DNA of 63,887 nt, filler included, from Octopus bimaculoides (taxonomy: Eukaryota): NCBI RefSeq assembly GCF_001194135.2. It is 8 parts of 6 records of this genome, joined end to end, with 100 filler letters (N's around TTAATTAATTAA, not from the genome) between each part and the next. Parts side by side here need not be neighbours in the genome. Positions count along the whole stretch, not along the records: positions 62,674 to 63,887 come from NC_068985.1; 7 more parts are not named here. The stretch is one strand, 5' to 3'. Below, in pieces: positions 62,717 to 63,887 of the stretch; the stretch's first letter is position 1, and each line of letters opens with the position of its first letter. Position numbers and translations under genes: made by a program. The notes beneath the pieces are model-generated. The model saw only the letters and a list, made by a program, of their open reading frames with translations. It ran no database searches and had not been told where the DNA came from.

Positions 62717-63622
62717 GTTAAGCATCTCAGTGGTGATTCCTGATGGGCCAGGTGCTTTCCTTGCCTTCATATCCTTAATTGCTTTATCTACCTGGGTACT
62801 GTCAATTCAGATAGCTGGTCCCTCAACTGGGTCAACCTTTGGCAGACTTTCCTCCTCTGATTCATTCTCCACATTCAGCAGTCTTTCATAATGGCTTCTC
62901 CAAGCCTTTTTCTTTGCAGAATCATTAAATGCAAGGGCACCATCATCCACGTGGACATATTTCTCTCCTATGACCACTCTATCTTGCAATCTGAAATACT
63001 TCAGTTCTCTGGTCCTCATGTAGCTGAAAATTGGCAAACCTCTTCTTTTCTGCTACCCCTTTGGCTATGTATACCTGTCTCTTAGCTTCCTTTATGGCTA
63101 TCTGATACATTCTCCTGCTACTCCCACTCTTCCAGGAATTCCAGGCCTATTCCTTAGCTTTAATGGCCCTGTCTACAGTGTTGTTCCACTACCATGTTAC
63201 CCTAGGTCTGGAAGGGACTTTGCACCATCCACAGATTTGGTCTGTGGCACTCAGCAAGCTGTCTCACAGGAATTCCCAGCTGCCTTCTATGATGTCACAG
63301 GACTGTAGCTCCTCCTCCCTATCATCAAATTTCTCAGTAAGGATATCCCTAAAGCTCTGACCATGTGAAAGTTTCCTAAGCTTCCAAGTCCTTCTTTTCC
63401 AGATTGGTCTGGTTTTGACATCCTTCTGGCCTCGAGTCTAAAGTTACTAATAACTAGTTTATGTTGTGGGGTATATTCTTCACCAGGGAGGGTCTTTGTA
63501 TTTAAGAGCAACCATGCATCCTGCTGTCTGGTGAGAATGAAATCGATCTGGTTAGTGGAGTCACCTGATTGATAAGTTATCAGGTGGCTAGCTGGCTTCC
63601 TGAAGTTGGTATTGCAGATCAA
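62714..63622 (-). pseudogene. RTE-clade LINE ORF2 fragment (APE C-terminus, linker, start of RT)
   Basis: ICNTNFRKPASHLITYQSGDSTNQIDFIL..PGEEYTPQHKLV; AWRSHYERLLNVEN; VDKAIKDMKARKAPGPSGITTEML. A few stops and frameshifts. Confidence 0.9.
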
Positions 63623-63845
63623 TATATATGTGTAATGCTTTTAGCTTAGTTTTTTTCTTGGGGCTGACCAGATTGGAGCAATATCTAGTATAACCAGCTG
63701 AAATTGCAAAGATTCTGGATCTCGACTGATGAAAGAAAACTCCAAATGACCTGTCCTTTTCTTTGTATTGTCTATCTGGATGTTTTGTTGTCCCTTTCTT
63801 GAATCACCTAACTGTCTGGATGTTTTGCGTTCTTGTTCCCTTTTG

Positions 63846-63887
<42 letters not shown>

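Overview
AT-rich, microsatellite-dense, gapped eukaryotic sequence. It is almost certainly from a cephalopod and most likely Octopus; this is inferred from the tRNA/CORE SINE families, TTAGGG repeats and the TA/CA/TACA load. I recognise no intact cellular gene, rRNA, functional tRNA or CRISPR array. Nearly all listed ORFs are microsatellite or N-gap artefacts. The window is a transposon graveyard. It holds more than 25 copies of several modular tRNA-derived SINE families, and decayed coding fragments of RTE (two or three), L1/Tx1, R4/Dong-type (RLE endonuclease) and Penelope-like retroelements. It also holds an internally deleted mariner plus a truncated sister copy, a Helitron-like element, a piggyBac-like MITE and four foldback/long-TIR elements. 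The most unusual structures are: a foldback element carrying a perfect 62-bp palindrome of telomeric repeats (25163-25224); an inverted repeat with ~400-bp arms (12282-13922); a 34-bp minisatellite whose units each keep a small hairpin; and clear head/core/tail swapping among the SINEs. All alignments and translations were done by eye, so boundaries are approximate. I found no convincing evidence of a new biological system, only candidates worth checking.
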